The position numbers and the translations under genes were made by a program. Source: Squalus acanthias (taxonomy: Eukaryota). From it: 64,000 nt of DNA. Positions 61,880 through 64,000 of the stretch are shown here, piece after piece (position 1 is the first letter of the stretch; every line of letters begins with the position of its first letter). The notes beneath the pieces were generated by a model. The model made no database searches. It was given only the letters and a program-made list of their open reading frames with translations, and was not told the DNA's origin. The stretch lies in contig JASTWF010000364.1 of assembly GCA_030390025.1 (NCBI GenBank), positions 248,001-312,000 on the forward strand. Reading direction: 5' to 3'.

Positions 61880-63840
61880 TGGCCATTCATGGCTGCCACT
61901 CCGGACCCCAGCCCCTCCCTGATTGCTCTCTCCTGTCGTCATGCCTCCTTTCACCTCTCCTCTCTCGGGTACTCTGCCCTCACAAATCCCTACCCCAACC
62001 CTTCATTATCTCCTGCCGCCGTCCCAGGCTTGGCTCCCTCTTAGATAAGCCGACAGCTTCCCTCTGTGCCTCTCTTGGCATCCTCCGAATGGCCCATCAA
62101 GGCACTCAATGCTTCTTCCTCACAAGCACCAACCTCAATAGTCCAATCCTAATCTCTCGCTGACCTTCCCACATGCTGCGGGGCTAATCTTGCTAATCAT
62201 CTCCCTGTACAACTCACCCCTCCCAGTGCTAACCCTGTGGATGCTGGCAGTGGATCAGCCATCATCGACCCTCTCCACATCTCCCTCCAGAATGTCCGTT
62301 CACTTGTGAACAAGGCCCTTGCCATCCAGAAGTTTATCGTGGATGACTGCATTGACATCATGGCCCTGACGGAAACCTGGTTGAGGGGTGATGACACCTT
62401 ACCCCCTAAATGAAGCCTCCCCACCTGGCTATACCTTCCACCACTCGCCCCGCTCAGACCGCCGTGGTGGTGGTGTGGCTCTCATCACCAAATCACACCT
62501 TGGTCTGTCCCCCTACGCCTCCGGCACTTTCTCCTCCTTTGATCAGCTCGCCTTGTTCCACCCCTCTCACCTCATTTTAAATTAGTTCTCTACTGTCCAC
62601 TCTCCTGAGTTCACTAGCCTCCTATCCTCCGTGAATCTCTCCCTCCATGTGAACTCCCCAACCCATATTCAAGGCCACCCCCCTCGATCTCGCTACTCCT
62701 ATCATGTCAATCACTGATAAGGCCATCTCGGACCACTTCCTTGTATCGCTCTCCACGCACATCCCCCTTCTCCCCCTGCCCGAGCCCTGAACTCACATCT
62801 TTCTCCAGTTTCTCTCCGTTCTCTCCTCACGACCTCTCCACACTCACCTTGTCCATGAGACCCACTTCCTGCTCCCTCGATCCTATTCCCACTAAACTGC
62901 TGACCACCCAACTTCTTTTTCTGCCTCCCATGTCAGCTGACATTGTCAACGGTCCCCCTCTCTTTTAAATCTGCCGTCATCACCCCTCACCTCAAAACAA
63001 ACCTTGATCCCTCCGTCCTTGCAAACTACCGCCCCATCTCCAACCTCCCTTTCCTCTCCAAAGTCCTTGAACGAGTTGTCGCCTCCCAAATCCATGCCCA
63101 TCTTTCCCGGAACTCCATGTTTGAATCCCTCCAATCAGGTTCCCGCCCCTGCTACAGTACTGAAACGGCCCTTATCAAAGTCACAAGTGAGATCCTTTGT
63201 GACTGTGACAAAGGTAAACTATCCCTCCTCGTCCTTCTCGACCGGTCTACAGCCTTTGACACAGTTGACCACTCCATCCTCCTCCAACGCCTCTGCACCG
63301 TCGTCCAGCTGGGTGGGACTGCACTCGCCTGGTTCGATTCTTATCTATCTAATCATAGCCAGAGAATCACCTGCAACGGCTTCTCTTCCTGCTCCCGCAT
63401 CGTTACCTCTGGTGTCCCCCAAGGATCTATCCTTGGCCCCTCCTATTTCTCATCTACATGTTGCCCCTTGGTGACATCATGCGAAAACACTGCGTCAGTT
63501 TCCACATGTTCGCTGATGACACCCAGCTCTAGCTCACTATCACTTCTCTCGACCCCTCGACGGTCTCTAAATTGTCAGACTGCTTGTCCGACATACAGTT
63601 CTGGATGAGCAGAAATTTTCTCCAATTAAATATTGGGGAGTCCGTAGCGATTGTTTTCGGTCCCCGCCACAAACTCCGTTCCCTAGCCACTAACTCCATC
63701 CCTCTCCCTAACATCTGTCTGAGGCTGAACCACACTGTTCGCAACCTTGATGTCATATTTGACCCTGAAATGAGCTTCCGACCACATATCCGCAGCATAA
63801 CAAAGACCGCCTACTTCCACCTCTGTAACATCGCCCGTCT
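61880..63840 (+). mobile_element. Degenerate L2 LINE ORF2 (APE and RT)
   Basis: [74 protein letters not shown]; deletions and frameshifts; 5' boundary uncertain. Confidence 0.85.
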
Positions 63841-64000
63841 CCAACCTCTGTTTCCTCTCCAAAGTCCTTGAACGAGTTGTCGCCTCCCAAATCCGTGCCC
63901 ATCTTTTCCAGAACATCACTCCTTCAACCCATGGACCAAGGTGTGATAGCCACCTTCAAGGCATACTTCATACGACGCAGCTTTGACCGCATGATGGAGG

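Overview
Vertebrate genomic DNA, most likely from a shark or other cartilaginous fish (V-SINE/HE1-like and SacSINE1-like SINEs, abundant CR1, L2 and RTE LINEs). The only host protein-coding gene I can support is a two-exon ladybird homeobox gene, best matching Lbx1 (exons 646-991 and 1752-2242, 278 aa). It sits in about 8 kb of nearly transposon-free sequence with enhancer-like motif clusters. The remaining ~56 kb is repeat-dominated. It holds three distinct minisatellites sharing a CCCTCAC..CTGG core (8.4-15.5 kb), a 6.8-kb almost T-free GA/CpG satellite, a 3.4-kb polypurine tract, many LINE/SINE fragments and a Tigger/pogo element. An 11.4-kb PIF/Harbinger transposon (42864-54292) contains a four-level nest (Harbinger > CR1 > RTE > non-autonomous Harbinger) plus a Penelope-like insertion carrying an intact minimal hammerhead ribozyme motif. 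All assignments were made by eye without database searches; family names and regulatory roles are inferences.
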